Shown one piece after another: positions 19,504 through 29,366 of a stretch of DNA of 64,000 nucleotides. The stretch spans positions 1 through 64,000 of the forward strand of contig JBEIJY010000009.1 of the NCBI GenBank assembly GCA_040380025.1. Reading direction: 5' to 3'. The position numbers and the translations under genes are program-made. Position 1 is the stretch's first letter, and each line of letters begins with the position of its first letter. Under the pieces are notes generated by a model. It ran no database searches. It saw only the letters and a program-made list of their open reading frames with translations, and was not told the DNA's origin. The DNA comes from Bdellovibrionales bacterium. Its GTDB lineage: Bacteria; Bdellovibrionota; UBA1018; CAIMNF01.

Positions 19504-20604
19504 TACTCTTCGGGAATGGGAACCCCCCTTCCTTGGTCGAAAAACACGCCTTTCCAATCGTTCCTGTTGATTGCGCTCTTCTCATTCTTTGCGGCGCATT
19601 TCCTTCTTTTGTCCCCATCCTCGCTCGAGGACGACTTCAGCGGGGTCCGGATCCTGCACCCGAAGGAGCTTCTGAATTTTCTCCGGAACGAATCCGAAAC
19701 CGCCTTGAGCGAACCCTTCATGGCAACCATGCCGCCCCAATACAGCGTCCGGGATTCGACCCTGTTCTCGACCCGATCCGGAAGCCCCGCTTTCCAGCTC
19801 CGCTCACGGAAGGCCAATGCTTATCCCTCACAAAACCAAGTGCATCTTCTGGAGGTGGACGTTCTGATGCCGGATCAAACCCGCATCACCTCGGAGGAGG
19901 CCTTGTATGACACGGCCGCTGGCAAAATCGTGTTCCACGGATCAGTTCGGGCGACCCTTCCCGACGGAGCTGAGATCCGGTCCCGGATCGCATACGCGGA
20001 TACCACTCCTTTGCTCCGGATACGCATTCCGCTCGAAGAGAGAGTCGATGGCAGCATCCCCCATGACTCAACGCCGGTCCGGTTCACCGGATTCGGCATG
20101 GAATACGCCGATACGGGACGGAGGGAGATCGTTCTTCTCTCTTCTGTGGTTGTGGACGCACTCGGAAAACAACCGGCAAGAATCCGCTCGGACCGGGCCG
20201 CTTTTTCGCGACAGAATCACGAGCTTTTGTTTTTCATGGACAAACAGCGCCCCGTTCCGGAGCAATTTGTGACCGTCGCCGAGAAAGATCTCGACCTGAA
20301 ATCCCGGTTGCTCGAAATGAAGCTCGCTCCGGGACGATCCGTCCACCGGATCACTGCCACGGGAGACGTCTGGTTTCTGGACCGGCACCAGGGAGAAGAC
20401 CGGCCGACCGAAGGCACAGGCGGAAAGGCCGTGTACGATGTAAAGGAAAACCGGATTATCCTTTCGGAATTTCCGCAGCTCTATCAGGATCATGATACAG
20501 TCACGGGCGATGTGATCACCTATCACAGGGATACCGACATTGTTGAGGTCACCGAAGGAAATGCAGTCTACCAGCAACAAGAATCCGAATCCGGGACGCG
20601 CTGA
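19498..20604 (+). CDS. LPS export periplasmic protein, LptC-like N-terminus plus LptA/OstA-like C-terminus
   Basis: N-terminal TM anchor, repeated beta-jellyroll-like segments, C-terminal 'P.LYQ..DTVTGD.I.Y' LptA-like motif; directly upstream of lptB; start may be 19516. Confidence 0.72.
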   Translation: MQYSSGMGTPLPWSKNTPFQSFLLIALFSFFAAHFLLLSPSSLEDDFSGVRILHPKELLNFLRNESETALSEPFMATMPPQYSVRDSTLFSTRSGSPAFQLRSRKANAYPSQNQVHLLEVDVLMPDQTRITSEEALYDTAAGKIVFHGSVRATLPDGAEIRSRIAYADTTPLLRIRIPLEERVDGSIPHDSTPVRFTGFGMEYADTGRREIVLLSSVVVDALGKQPARIRSDRAAFSRQNHELLFFMDKQRPVPEQFVTVAEKDLDLKSRLLEMKLAPGRSVHRITATGDVWFLDRHQGEDRPTEGTGGKAVYDVKENRIILSEFPQLYQDHDTVTGDVITYHRDTDIVEVTEGNAVYQQQESESGTR

Positions 20605-21334
20605 AAAAACGCACCGCACGCTTCGTGCCTCGGAATTGTTCAAAGCCTACCGGAGCCGTCCCGTCGTGAAGGGCGTCTCGATCGAGGTGAAGTCCGGCGA
20701 AGTCGTGGGCCTGCTTGGCCTGAACGGGGCGGGCAAAACCACCACCTTCTACATGATCACCGGCCTGATCGAGCCCGATCGGGGCGAAGTGTTCCTCGAT
20801 GACACGAAGATCACGGAATGGAAGATGCACGAGCGTGCTCGCGGTGGAATCGCCTATCTGCCCCAAGAACCCTCCGTGTTCCGGAAGCTCACCGTAGAAG
20901 AGAACATTCTCTCCACCCTGGAATCGCTCTCGCTTTCGGCGCCGGAACGGAGAACCGCCCTTCAGACGCTCCTCGACGAGTTCAGCCTCAATCACGTGGC
21001 CAAGCAGGCCGCCTATACCCTTTCCGGCGGAGAACGGCGTCGGGTGGAAGTCGCGCGGGCACTTGCATTGAATCCGGCCTTCATCCTGCTGGACGAGCCG
21101 TTTGCGGGGGTCGATCCGCTTGCCGTGGCCGACATTCAAAAAATGATCCTCTCCCTCAAAGAAAAAAACATCGGCGTTCTGATCACCGATCACAACGTCC
21201 GCGAGACTCTTTCGATCTGTGACTGGGGATGCATTCTTTCGGACGGAGTCATTTTCGAGCAAGGAACTCCCGAACAGATCGCCAACTCCAAGGCGGCACG
21301 AGAAAAATATCTCGGAGAGAATTTTCGGTTCTAA
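20561..21334 (+). CDS. lptB: LPS export ABC transporter ATPase
   Basis: GLNGAGKTT, YLPQEPSVFRKL, LSGGERRRVE, DEPFAGVDP, TDHNVRETL. Confidence 0.96.
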   Translation: MQSTSNKNPNPGRAEKTHRTLRASELFKAYRSRPVVKGVSIEVKSGEVVGLLGLNGAGKTTTFYMITGLIEPDRGEVFLDDTKITEWKMHERARGGIAYLPQEPSVFRKLTVEENILSTLESLSLSAPERRTALQTLLDEFSLNHVAKQAAYTLSGGERRRVEVARALALNPAFILLDEPFAGVDPLAVADIQKMILSLKEKNIGVLITDHNVRETLSICDWGCILSDGVIFEQGTPEQIANSKAAREKYLGENFRF

Positions 21335-21406
21335 GCAGCATGCATCGGCTTGCGCAGGTTTTCATTGTATTTGCAACTTCCGAACCAAAGCAGGTAAGGT
21401 GACGAT

Positions 21407-22903
21407 ATGGGCATTCAACTGAAGCAGGGACTCAAACTCAGCCAAAACCTCGTAATGACCCCGCAGCTCCAGCAGGCAATCAAACTGCTCCAGCTGAACC
21501 ACCTGGAACTGGCGGAACTGATCACCCAGGAACTGACCGAGAATCCGGTGCTCGAAGAGGTCGGAGAAAACGAATCCCCGCAGGACAATCTCGAAACCGC
21601 GGCCGACGGGGACACGTTCGACCCCGAGATCCAGCAGCAGGCCGATGAGCAATCCCAGGTGCAGGAGCCGAAACCCGAGGATCAGATGCTCTCCGGCAAA
21701 GAAGAGGTGAACTGGGACGCGTATCTCGAGGACTTCAACGAAAACACGCCGACCGCCCCATCGATGAAGGAATCCCTCGATGAAACTCCGACCTACGAGA
21801 ACACCCTGACCAAGACCTCGTCCCTCGAAGAGCATCTGCAATGGCAACTGTCCATGCTGAACCTAATGGAGAACGAGAAGGTCCTTGCGGGTCTGATCAT
21901 CGCAAGCCTGAACGATGACGGATACTTCGAGGGGAATCTCGCCGATCTCGCGACGAAAGCCGAAATCGATCCCGAAGATGCTGAAGAAGTCCTGAAAATG
22001 ATCCAGCTCTTCGATCCGATCGGAATCGGATCCAGGAACCTGAAAGAGTGCCTGCTGGTCCAGGCAAGACTGCTGAATCCGAGACAACCGCTCGTCGAGA
22101 CGATCATCGAGTCGCACATGGCGGAGCTCGAAAAACACAACCTTCCTGCGATCGCAAAGGCGCTCGAGATGCCGATCGAACAGGTGGTGGAAGCGCAAAA
22201 AGTCATCCACGAATTCGAGCCGCGCCCGGGGAGCCTTTTTACCCAGCCAGAAACCCAGTACATCCAACCGGACATTTACATCAACAAGGTGGGCAACCAA
22301 TACGTGATCCAGATGAACGACGACGGAATTCCTCGTCTTCGCATCTCGAATTACTACAAGAGCATCATGCAAAAAGAAGCGGCTGCCGGTAAAGCTTCTG
22401 GAGGCAAGACCAAAGAATATGTCCAGGAAAAACTCCGCGCCGCTCTTTGGCTGATTCGCTCGATCCAGAATCGGCAAAAGACCATCTACAAGGTCACCGA
22501 GGCGGTCCTGACGCGCCAACGCGAGTTCTTCGAAAAAGGAGTCCAGTTCCTGAAGCCGATGGTGCTCAAGGACATCGCCGCCGATGTCGGAATGCATGAA
22601 TCGACCATTTCGCGGGTGACCACCAACAAATATGTTCACACGCCGGTGGGCACCTTCGAGCTGAAGTACTTCTTTAATTCCAGCATCTCCTCGAGCGACG
22701 GAAGCGATGCACTGGCGAGCTCGGCCGTGAAGGAGAAAATCCGGCAATTGGTCTCGAAGGAAGATCCGAAAAAGCCCCTGTCCGATCAGCAGATCGTGGA
22801 CCTCCTCGCAAAGGACAATGTCGACATTGCAAGGAGAACCGTTGCAAAGTATCGGGAATTATTGGGGATCCTTCCCTCCTCCCAGCGCAAACGGGCATTC
22901 TGA
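21407..22903 (+). CDS. rpoN: RNA polymerase sigma-54 factor
   Basis: MTPQLQQAIKLLQL, HESTISR, RpoN box ARRTVAKYR. Confidence 0.98.
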   Translation: MGIQLKQGLKLSQNLVMTPQLQQAIKLLQLNHLELAELITQELTENPVLEEVGENESPQDNLETAADGDTFDPEIQQQADEQSQVQEPKPEDQMLSGKEEVNWDAYLEDFNENTPTAPSMKESLDETPTYENTLTKTSSLEEHLQWQLSMLNLMENEKVLAGLIIASLNDDGYFEGNLADLATKAEIDPEDAEEVLKMIQLFDPIGIGSRNLKECLLVQARLLNPRQPLVETIIESHMAELEKHNLPAIAKALEMPIEQVVEAQKVIHEFEPRPGSLFTQPETQYIQPDIYINKVGNQYVIQMNDDGIPRLRISNYYKSIMQKEAAAGKASGGKTKEYVQEKLRAALWLIRSIQNRQKTIYKVTEAVLTRQREFFEKGVQFLKPMVLKDIAADVGMHESTISRVTTNKYVHTPVGTFELKYFFNSSISSSDGSDALASSAVKEKIRQLVSKEDPKKPLSDQQIVDLLAKDNVDIARRTVAKYRELLGILPSSQRKRAF

Positions 22904-23027
22904 ATCCGCGCAATTCCTGCCCAATCCTTGTACAACTGTCTCATTCCTTGACACCTCCTCCTCGATTTCGAGATGAGAGCCCGTTTAAGGGGGGAAGGCT
23001 GGCACGCTCCCTGCTTTTCATCAAGGT

Positions 23028-23996
23028 ATGGAACGCAGTACCGGATCAACCGCCCTCATTGTCGCAATGCTCGGTGTCACCACTTCTCCCTCACCAGGGA
23101 ACGCGGCCCACATCGCCGCGCACGAAGTTCCGATGTCGCGTCTCTTCCAACATGCATCCACGCCAGGATTGACCAGAACCATCAGCTCTCACAATTCCAA
23201 GAAAAACGCATTTCCGGTGATCACCTTCCTTTCTTCGGTTTCTTTGAATTCTTCGGGCGAATCCCGCATCGGCAAGTCCTGCTATGTCCGGAACACGAGC
23301 CTCATTCACAATGCCGGCCAGGGCTATTTCCACTCCGCCCTGGCCCAAACCCCGGGCGGAGTGATCCGGGCCGGAGAATCCTTCGAGATGGAAGTGCTTT
23401 CGGCGGGGTTCGACTCCATCCGGTTCGACCTTTCTTCGACCGCAAATCCAGCACGCCGCCTTGAGATCGGTTGCTCGCATGCAAAAATCCAAAGCTGGAC
23501 TATTGCGGATTTCGAATCCTCCTCGTCCCATCTGATCCAGGTGCGGATTCCGGCATCCTTGACCGGAAAAAAATCCGGCCTTGCCGATGCGACCGCCGCC
23601 TCCCTCCGGATGGAAGAAATGAAGGGGAATCGATTCAATGCAGTCTTCGGATCGGGCCTTCCGGGCACTTCCGGTGTTCAGCTCCTTTTCGGCGCGAACC
23701 TGAAAGCCTACACCGACGAAACCGGCGCCGCGCTCATGCAAGGACGCAAGTGCCGGATCATGGCACAAAGCGCCCGCTCGCTGAAGGATCGCTACCTGAA
23801 AGGCTCGAAGTTTTCCTTCCTGGGGTATCAGGTGAAGAAAGAAATCGGGACCGTCGAAATGGTGTTCGGAAACTGGAACCACAGTCCGCACCAGATCCGG
23901 ATCGAATGTCTCGGCGATGAATCGTCGGTGAAGTCGCTCAGCCTCGCTCAGATCGAAAGCGACTTGAATGGCTCGATCAAGTTCTACCGGAAGTGA
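23028..23996 (+). CDS. Hypothetical protein with an internal two-fold domain repeat
   Basis: Long ORF filling the gap in operon orientation; duplicated Cys-containing domain. Confidence 0.65.
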   Translation: MERSTGSTALIVAMLGVTTSPSPGNAAHIAAHEVPMSRLFQHASTPGLTRTISSHNSKKNAFPVITFLSSVSLNSSGESRIGKSCYVRNTSLIHNAGQGYFHSALAQTPGGVIRAGESFEMEVLSAGFDSIRFDLSSTANPARRLEIGCSHAKIQSWTIADFESSSSHLIQVRIPASLTGKKSGLADATAASLRMEEMKGNRFNAVFGSGLPGTSGVQLLFGANLKAYTDETGAALMQGRKCRIMAQSARSLKDRYLKGSKFSFLGYQVKKEIGTVEMVFGNWNHSPHQIRIECLGDESSVKSLSLAQIESDLNGSIKFYRK

Positions 23997-24049
23997 TCCG
24001 AATTGCATTTCGGGTTGTCTCGGTCATTGACCCGCATTACGATCGGGCC

Positions 24050-24631
24050 ATGAAAACTCTTCTTTTGCTCGGCCTTCTGGCTTGCTCGTCCGCATTCGCA
24101 TCCACCGCCAAACCGGCCTCGAAAAATCCGGTGGCCATCATCAAAACGTCGCTCGGCACCATCACCGTCACCCTGTTCCGCGACAAGGCTCCCAAAACCG
24201 TCGAGAACTTCATCGGCCTCGCCAAAGGAACAAAAGAATGGAGCAATCCCGGGGATGGAAAACCCATGAAGAACCGCCCGCTTTATCGGGGCACGGTGTT
24301 TCATCGTGTGATTCCTGAATTCATGATCCAAGGAGGCGACCCGGTCGGAAATGGCACCGGAGGCCCGGGATACCAGTTCGAGGACGAGTTCAGTCCGCTC
24401 GACAGTTTTCACAAACCGGGAATTCTCGCGATGGCGAACGCGGGTCCGGGAACGAACGGGTCCCAGTTTTTCATCACCGTGGCACCGACACCCCACCTGA
24501 ATCAGCGCCACACTATTTTTGGCGAAATCACCAAGGGACTCGAAGTTGCGGTAAAAATCTCGAAGGTAGAACGGGATTCGATGGATCGGCCGAAGAAGGA
24601 CGTGAAGATCGAAAGCATCACGATTCAGTGA
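24050..24631 (+). CDS. Cyclophilin-type peptidyl-prolyl isomerase with signal peptide
   Basis: APKTVENF, FHRVIPEFMIQGGD, AMANAGPGTNGSQFFIT. Confidence 0.95.
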   Translation: MKTLLLLGLLACSSAFASTAKPASKNPVAIIKTSLGTITVTLFRDKAPKTVENFIGLAKGTKEWSNPGDGKPMKNRPLYRGTVFHRVIPEFMIQGGDPVGNGTGGPGYQFEDEFSPLDSFHKPGILAMANAGPGTNGSQFFITVAPTPHLNQRHTIFGEITKGLEVAVKISKVERDSMDRPKKDVKIESITIQ

Positions 24632-24639
24632 AAGAAAAA

Positions 24640-24715
<76 letters not shown>

Positions 24716-24786
24716 ACATTTTCTTCGATTCCGACAGTGAATCAAAAAATCCCCGAATCAGCAAGATCAATCGACCAGACACCTGA

Positions 24787-25536
24787 TCACTTTTTGATTT
24801 TCGGGCCGCCTTGCTTCCGAAAATCCGCATAGATCTCCTCAAACCGGTTCTGATCCCAGCGTGAGCCGGTCGCGGCCGCAAGCCGGACCAGCGCTGGGTA
24901 AGCCCCGGCAATCCGCACCTCGATGGCCGCCGGGTCCCAGTCCGAAGAGATCCGGATGGGAGTTTCCTTCTGCCGCCCGAGCATCACGAACACCTTTCCC
25001 GAAAAGGTCCGCTGGAGTTGCAGCGAAAGCACCTCCCCGCGAACCACATACAACTCGGTCACGCCGTCCCGGACATGGACCCAAAACTCGGCATCGGTTG
25101 CCGTGAAGGAGTCCCCGTTTGCCTCCACCGCCACCGGAAAAGCCCCGGTTCCGGGCTTCACCCAGACCTTCATCCACCCTCGTTCGATGGCAATCGTGCT
25201 CCGGAGGGCCGAGGATTCCACGGTCTCACGGGGGCCGATTCTTCCTTGGAACACACCGCCTGCGACCCAGACGGCGAACTCATTTTGAATGACTTCCACG
25301 GCAAGCGGAGCGGAAATCCGGAAGCGGTCTCCTGGATCGAACGCCCCTCCGGGCACCAGTCGTCTTTTTTTTCCACGGTTCGACTCGATATTGATTCCGT
25401 CCGGTTTTCCGCGCGGATGGATTTCCATTCCGCTCAACAAAGGAGGTAGAATGAAGGCGTCCTCTTTCAGAACGACATTCGCTCCCTGCGCGGCGACGGA
25501 CATGAGCAAAAAAAGGATTCCGAACCCCGACCTCAT
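24787..25536 (-). CDS. Secreted FecR-like domain protein
   Basis: Signal peptide; PGDR.R, IERG, 'EFWV...TELYVVRGEV' FecR-like pattern. Confidence 0.6.
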   Translation of the reverse strand: MRSGFGILFLLMSVAAQGANVVLKEDAFILPPLLSGMEIHPRGKPDGINIESNRGKKRRLVPGGAFDPGDRFRISAPLAVEVIQNEFAVWVAGGVFQGRIGPRETVESSALRSTIAIERGWMKVWVKPGTGAFPVAVEANGDSFTATDAEFWVHVRDGVTELYVVRGEVLSLQLQRTFSGKVFVMLGRQKETPIRISSDWDPAAIEVRIAGAYPALVRLAAATGSRWDQNRFEEIYADFRKQGGPKIKK

Positions 25537-25577
25537 CCATTTACAAGAATACCACGAGCCTTTAGGCTTAGGAACTG

Positions 25578-25787
25578 ATGAACGACTCCCAGATGACCAA
25601 AGAAAAGTACCTCGAACTGGCCAAAAAAGAGGGACTGCAAAAGGCAGTGCACCAGCTTCATCATGATCTGTGGACCCTCGAGCAGGAGTGTTTTGACACT
25701 CCGGAGGGGTACCAGGCCGAGGTCTGGAAAAAGCTGAACGAGCTTCGGATCTTCTCGCGCGAGCTCTGGGACATGAAGCTGAATTGA
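25578..25787 (+). CDS. Small hypothetical helical protein
   Basis: RBS agga, typical codon usage, fills the gap. Confidence 0.7.
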   Translation: MNDSQMTKEKYLELAKKEGLQKAVHQLHHDLWTLEQECFDTPEGYQAEVWKKLNELRIFSRELWDMKLN

Positions 25788-25826
25788 TTTCGGGCCTGCC
25801 TTCCCGCCCGGGTTGCCGCTCAAGCC

Positions 25827-26243
25827 TCAGCCCGGTTTTCGATCGCGCACACTCCCGGTGCCTGCAAACAGATCATGCAAACCGAGCTTCTGCGGATGGA
25901 ACAGCACCATCAAAAAACCGGCTCCGACCACCCCATAGGACGCGAGGTAAGAAACCGTCCGGAGGATCGCCTGCTTCCGGGTGAAAGAAAGCCCGGTTTT
26001 CCGGTCGAGAACCCGGATTCCAAAAATCCGCTTTCCGATGGTGGTTCCGGTCCGGACGGGAATCTCGACGTAATACACGTACACGATCGCGAAGCTCAGC
26101 ATCACTCCGAGCACCTGCTCGCCGAGTCCTCCGAGTCCGAGCATCAGCGTCAGCCCCCACTCGAGCGCGAACTCGGCCGCATTCCAGAGCGCGAAATCAA
26201 TCAAATGGGCAAGAAACCGAATCCAGAATCCCGCGTATTTCAC
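25827..26243 (-). CDS. RDD family membrane protein
   Basis: YAGFWIRFLAHLID, TIGKRIFGIRV, LHDLFAGT. Confidence 0.9.
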   Translation of the reverse strand: MKYAGFWIRFLAHLIDFALWNAAEFALEWGLTLMLGLGGLGEQVLGVMLSFAIVYVYYVEIPVRTGTTIGKRIFGIRVLDRKTGLSFTRKQAILRTVSYLASYGVVGAGFLMVLFHPQKLGLHDLFAGTGSVRDRKPG

Positions 26244-27151
26244 GTTTTTCTCTCCCCCATGCCGAGCCCCATTCCCAGGCCCAGACCCGCAAAGATCAAG
26301 CCGGTCGCAAGGGCGGTTCGAACCGTCAGAGTCTCTCCCAGACTGATCCACCCGTTCAGGAGCGCGACCACGGGCTGAAAATAAAAGAACAAGGCCACCA
26401 TCGAGGCGCTCACACGGGTGAGCGCCCACGCATTCAACAAATACGTCACGAGAGTGGCGAGCACAACATTGTAGAAAGCCGCAAGATAGAACCGCGAATC
26501 GAGGCCCGAGACCGAGACTCCTCCGAGATCCCCGGCTGCGAGGGTGAACAGAACCACCGCTCCGAACAGAAACATCCAAGCGGTAGCCCAATACGGGGAA
26601 TGATCTCTCAAGAACCTCTGACTAAACACCAAATATGCGGCAAGAGAGAGACCGTTCAAGAGCATTGAAGCGTCCCCGAGGAACGTCGCGCTCGAGAGCC
26701 GGAACTCTTCGAAGTCGCGGATCACCACCGCTCCTGCGATCGCAAGCAGGAACCCGAGCACCCTGCCGCGCGTGAGGCGCTCCATCCCGGCCAGCACGGC
26801 GATGGCGAGGGTGAAGAGCGGCGTCAGCGCGTTCATGATCGCACCGTTGGTGGTGGTGGTGTTCTTGATTCCATACATGAAAAAGAACTGCGAAAGGGCC
26901 ATCCCGAAGAGTCCGTACACAAAGGTCTTCCGCAAAAAGACCGGATCGATTTTTCGTTGCGACCGGGGAACTACGACCCCGGAAAACGAGAACAACAGCA
27001 AGGCCGAGACCAGCAAGCGGATCGCCCCCCAGAGAGTGGGAGGAAACTGCTCCAGAACCACCTTGGAGGCCGCGAAATTGAATCCAAAAATCACTTGGAC
27101 GGCAAAAAGGGCCACGACCGGAAGAAGGGGGCGGGAGGGAGCGGAATTCAT
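26240..27151 (-). CDS. DMT/EamA family transporter
   Basis: About 10 TM segments, two EamA repeats. Confidence 0.9.
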   Translation of the reverse strand: MNSAPSRPLLPVVALFAVQVIFGFNFAASKVVLEQFPPTLWGAIRLLVSALLLFSFSGVVVPRSQRKIDPVFLRKTFVYGLFGMALSQFFFMYGIKNTTTTNGAIMNALTPLFTLAIAVLAGMERLTRGRVLGFLLAIAGAVVIRDFEEFRLSSATFLGDASMLLNGLSLAAYLVFSQRFLRDHSPYWATAWMFLFGAVVLFTLAAGDLGGVSVSGLDSRFYLAAFYNVVLATLVTYLLNAWALTRVSASMVALFFYFQPVVALLNGWISLGETLTVRTALATGLIFAGLGLGMGLGMGERKT

Positions 27152-27210
27152 CCCCCCACTCTTCGCTAAAAAATAAAAAGAGTCAAATATCGATCCCCTC
27201 GAAAAAATCA

Positions 27211-27239
27211 TTGACGCAGCCTATCCGAACGGTTAGAAG
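27211..27239 (+). promoter_or_regulatory. Putative sigma-70 promoter of the candidate sRNA
   Basis: TTGACG-N17-TAGAAG; same CGGTTAGAA context as the tRNA-Glu promoter. Confidence 0.5.
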
Positions 27240-27244
27240 TAAGG

Positions 27245-27358
27245 CTCCTAAGTCAGCGGGCTGCCTACCCCCCCCCCCAACCCATCCCAGGCAGTCTGTT
27301 GGTTCAGTGATTTAAAAGCCCGGCGGCCATTACTGGCGTCGGGCTTTTAAGTTTTTTG
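27245..27358 (+). ncRNA. Candidate small RNA with a C-rich loop hairpin and intrinsic terminator
   Basis: 16-bp stem 27251-27266/27289-27304 with several G-U pairs, poly-C loop, then terminator hairpin about 27312-27350 and a T run. Confidence 0.55.
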
Positions 27359-27382
27359 CTGTGTCCGCCGATACCTGTGTTG

Positions 27383-28222
27383 ATGGGTACGCACTCCCCT
27401 TGGATCGAAAAAATCCGCAGTCTTCCGGTATTGCCCCAGGTGGCCATGCGAATCACCGAACGGATGCAATCGCCGACGGCAACCGTGGCCGAGATCTCGG
27501 ATCTGATCAAATCCGACATGGGACTTTCCTCGCGCGTTCTGCGGCTGGCGAATTCCTCTTACTACTCGATTCCGGGCGGAGTTTCAGAGGTGTCCAAGGC
27601 CCTTCAGTTTTTGGGATTCACCACCATCGCGCAGATCGTGCTCACGAGTTCCGTGGTCGGGTCCTTCAAAAATCCGGGCACGGGGGATTTTCCCCTCGCT
27701 CCGTTCTGGCTTCATTCCTTCGGCACGGGACAACTGGCCGAGATCACCGCGCGCTCGCTTCAGATGGGAAGCCCTGCGGATGCGTTTGTCGGAGGGCTCC
27801 TGCATGATGTCGGAAAACTGATCCTTCTTGAGATCGCACCCGATCAGCTTCAAAAAACCGCCCGCCTTGCGCGCGAGAAAAAAATCTCCTTCCATGCCGC
27901 CGAACTCGAGACGGGCGCTCCTTCGCACGTGATGCTCGGGGCGGAGCTCGCCCGCCACTGGAAGCTCCCGGATTCGATCCGTGCTCTGATCGAGCATCAT
28001 CACTCTTCGTCCGGAAATCGCGAGCAAACCCTGATCGAGTGGGCGAATCTCCAGACGCATGTGCGGCAGATCGGCGCGTCCGGAAACCATGATCCGGGCA
28101 ATGCGGAGCTGCTCGAAAAGGCACGGCTTCGGCTCGGATTGGGGGAGGAAGCCCTCCGGAACATCGAGCGACATTTCGAGAAAGAGTTTGAAAAAGCGGG
28201 GGCGATCCTGAATGCCCACTAA
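27383..28222 (+). CDS. HDOD domain protein
   Basis: LPVLP, RVLRLANSSYY, FWLHS, GLLHDVGK, HWKLP..I..HH. Confidence 0.92.
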   Translation: MGTHSPWIEKIRSLPVLPQVAMRITERMQSPTATVAEISDLIKSDMGLSSRVLRLANSSYYSIPGGVSEVSKALQFLGFTTIAQIVLTSSVVGSFKNPGTGDFPLAPFWLHSFGTGQLAEITARSLQMGSPADAFVGGLLHDVGKLILLEIAPDQLQKTARLAREKKISFHAAELETGAPSHVMLGAELARHWKLPDSIRALIEHHHSSSGNREQTLIEWANLQTHVRQIGASGNHDPGNAELLEKARLRLGLGEEALRNIERHFEKEFEKAGAILNAH

Positions 28223-29366
28223 ATCGAAGGCCAATGCGCCGAAAGAATTCAAAATTCCGGATGGACTCGGGGATCTCCCCCTTCCACTTCTGATCTACTT
28301 GCCCGATTCGAAAGAAATCCACGCGAATCGTGCCTTCGAGCGCCTCTTCGGACCGGTACCCCCCTCCCGCTTCTCGGGTCGCCCGGCCATCGCCCTTGTT
28401 CATGAAAGACCTGTTCATGAATCTGTTTTTTCGTTGCCCGGACGGCACGAGGGCTTTGTGGTCGAATCGGTGGAGGGCCTGAAGATTCCGGTGGAACTCC
28501 GGATCTCACCCTTGAATGCCGGCGGCCGGAGCGCCTCCCTCGTGCTCTTCGAAGATGTGACCGCGAAGCTCGAGCTCGAACGCCAGCTGATCGAGAATCA
28601 CGTCGCTCTGACCCAGGCATTCGCCGACCTGAAACACACGCAAAGCGCGCTCACCCAGGCTGCGAAGTTGGCTTCGCTCGGAGAGCTCTCATCCGGAATC
28701 GCACATGAGCTGAACCAACCCCTCCAGGCGATTCTGGGATTCAGCCAGGAGCTGCAACAATTCGAGCCACTGTCCCCGTCCGGCAAGGAGTTCCTTTCGG
28801 ACATCATCCACGCGTCGAAAAAAATGGCCGAGATCATCAAGTCCCTGCGCTCGTTCGCCCGCGAGGCGGGCGACGAGGTCGTCGATACCTCCCTCGAGCA
28901 CGCGATCCGCGAGGCCGCGAAGCTGGTGAACCACTCCCTCTTGCAACGGGGAATCTCGCTCGAAATCCGATCCGGATCGCACGCGCCCCTCGTGAGTGCG
29001 AACCCGATCCAGCTCGAGCAGGTTTTCGTGAACCTGCTCAGCAACGCGATGGATGCGATCGAAGAGGCCCATGCCGGCAAGGGAACCATCACCGTTTCGA
29101 TTTCGGAATCCGCGGACGGCGTACGGGTCTCGGTTGCGGATGACGGATGCGGAATGAGCGAAGAGGTCCGGCAGAGGATTTTCGACCCCTTCTTCACGAC
29201 CAAGGAGACCGGAAAAGGCACGGGCCTCGGACTCAGCATCACCCATGGAATTCTCGAAAAAATCGGCGCGCGGGTCGAGGTCCTCTCGACCCCTGGCCAT
29301 GGAACCCGTTTTGAACTCACCTTCCGTCCGGCGGGACGGATCAAGAAAAAAGGAGAAGCCGCATGA
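28212..29366 (+). CDS. Cytoplasmic sensor histidine kinase with PAS-like N-terminus
   Basis: AHELNQPL, NLLSNA, DDGCG, FFTTK, GTGLGL. Confidence 0.92.
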   Translation: MPTKSKANAPKEFKIPDGLGDLPLPLLIYLPDSKEIHANRAFERLFGPVPPSRFSGRPAIALVHERPVHESVFSLPGRHEGFVVESVEGLKIPVELRISPLNAGGRSASLVLFEDVTAKLELERQLIENHVALTQAFADLKHTQSALTQAAKLASLGELSSGIAHELNQPLQAILGFSQELQQFEPLSPSGKEFLSDIIHASKKMAEIIKSLRSFAREAGDEVVDTSLEHAIREAAKLVNHSLLQRGISLEIRSGSHAPLVSANPIQLEQVFVNLLSNAMDAIEEAHAGKGTITVSISESADGVRVSVADDGCGMSEEVRQRIFDPFFTTKETGKGTGLGLSITHGILEKIGARVEVLSTPGHGTRFELTFRPAGRIKKKGEAA

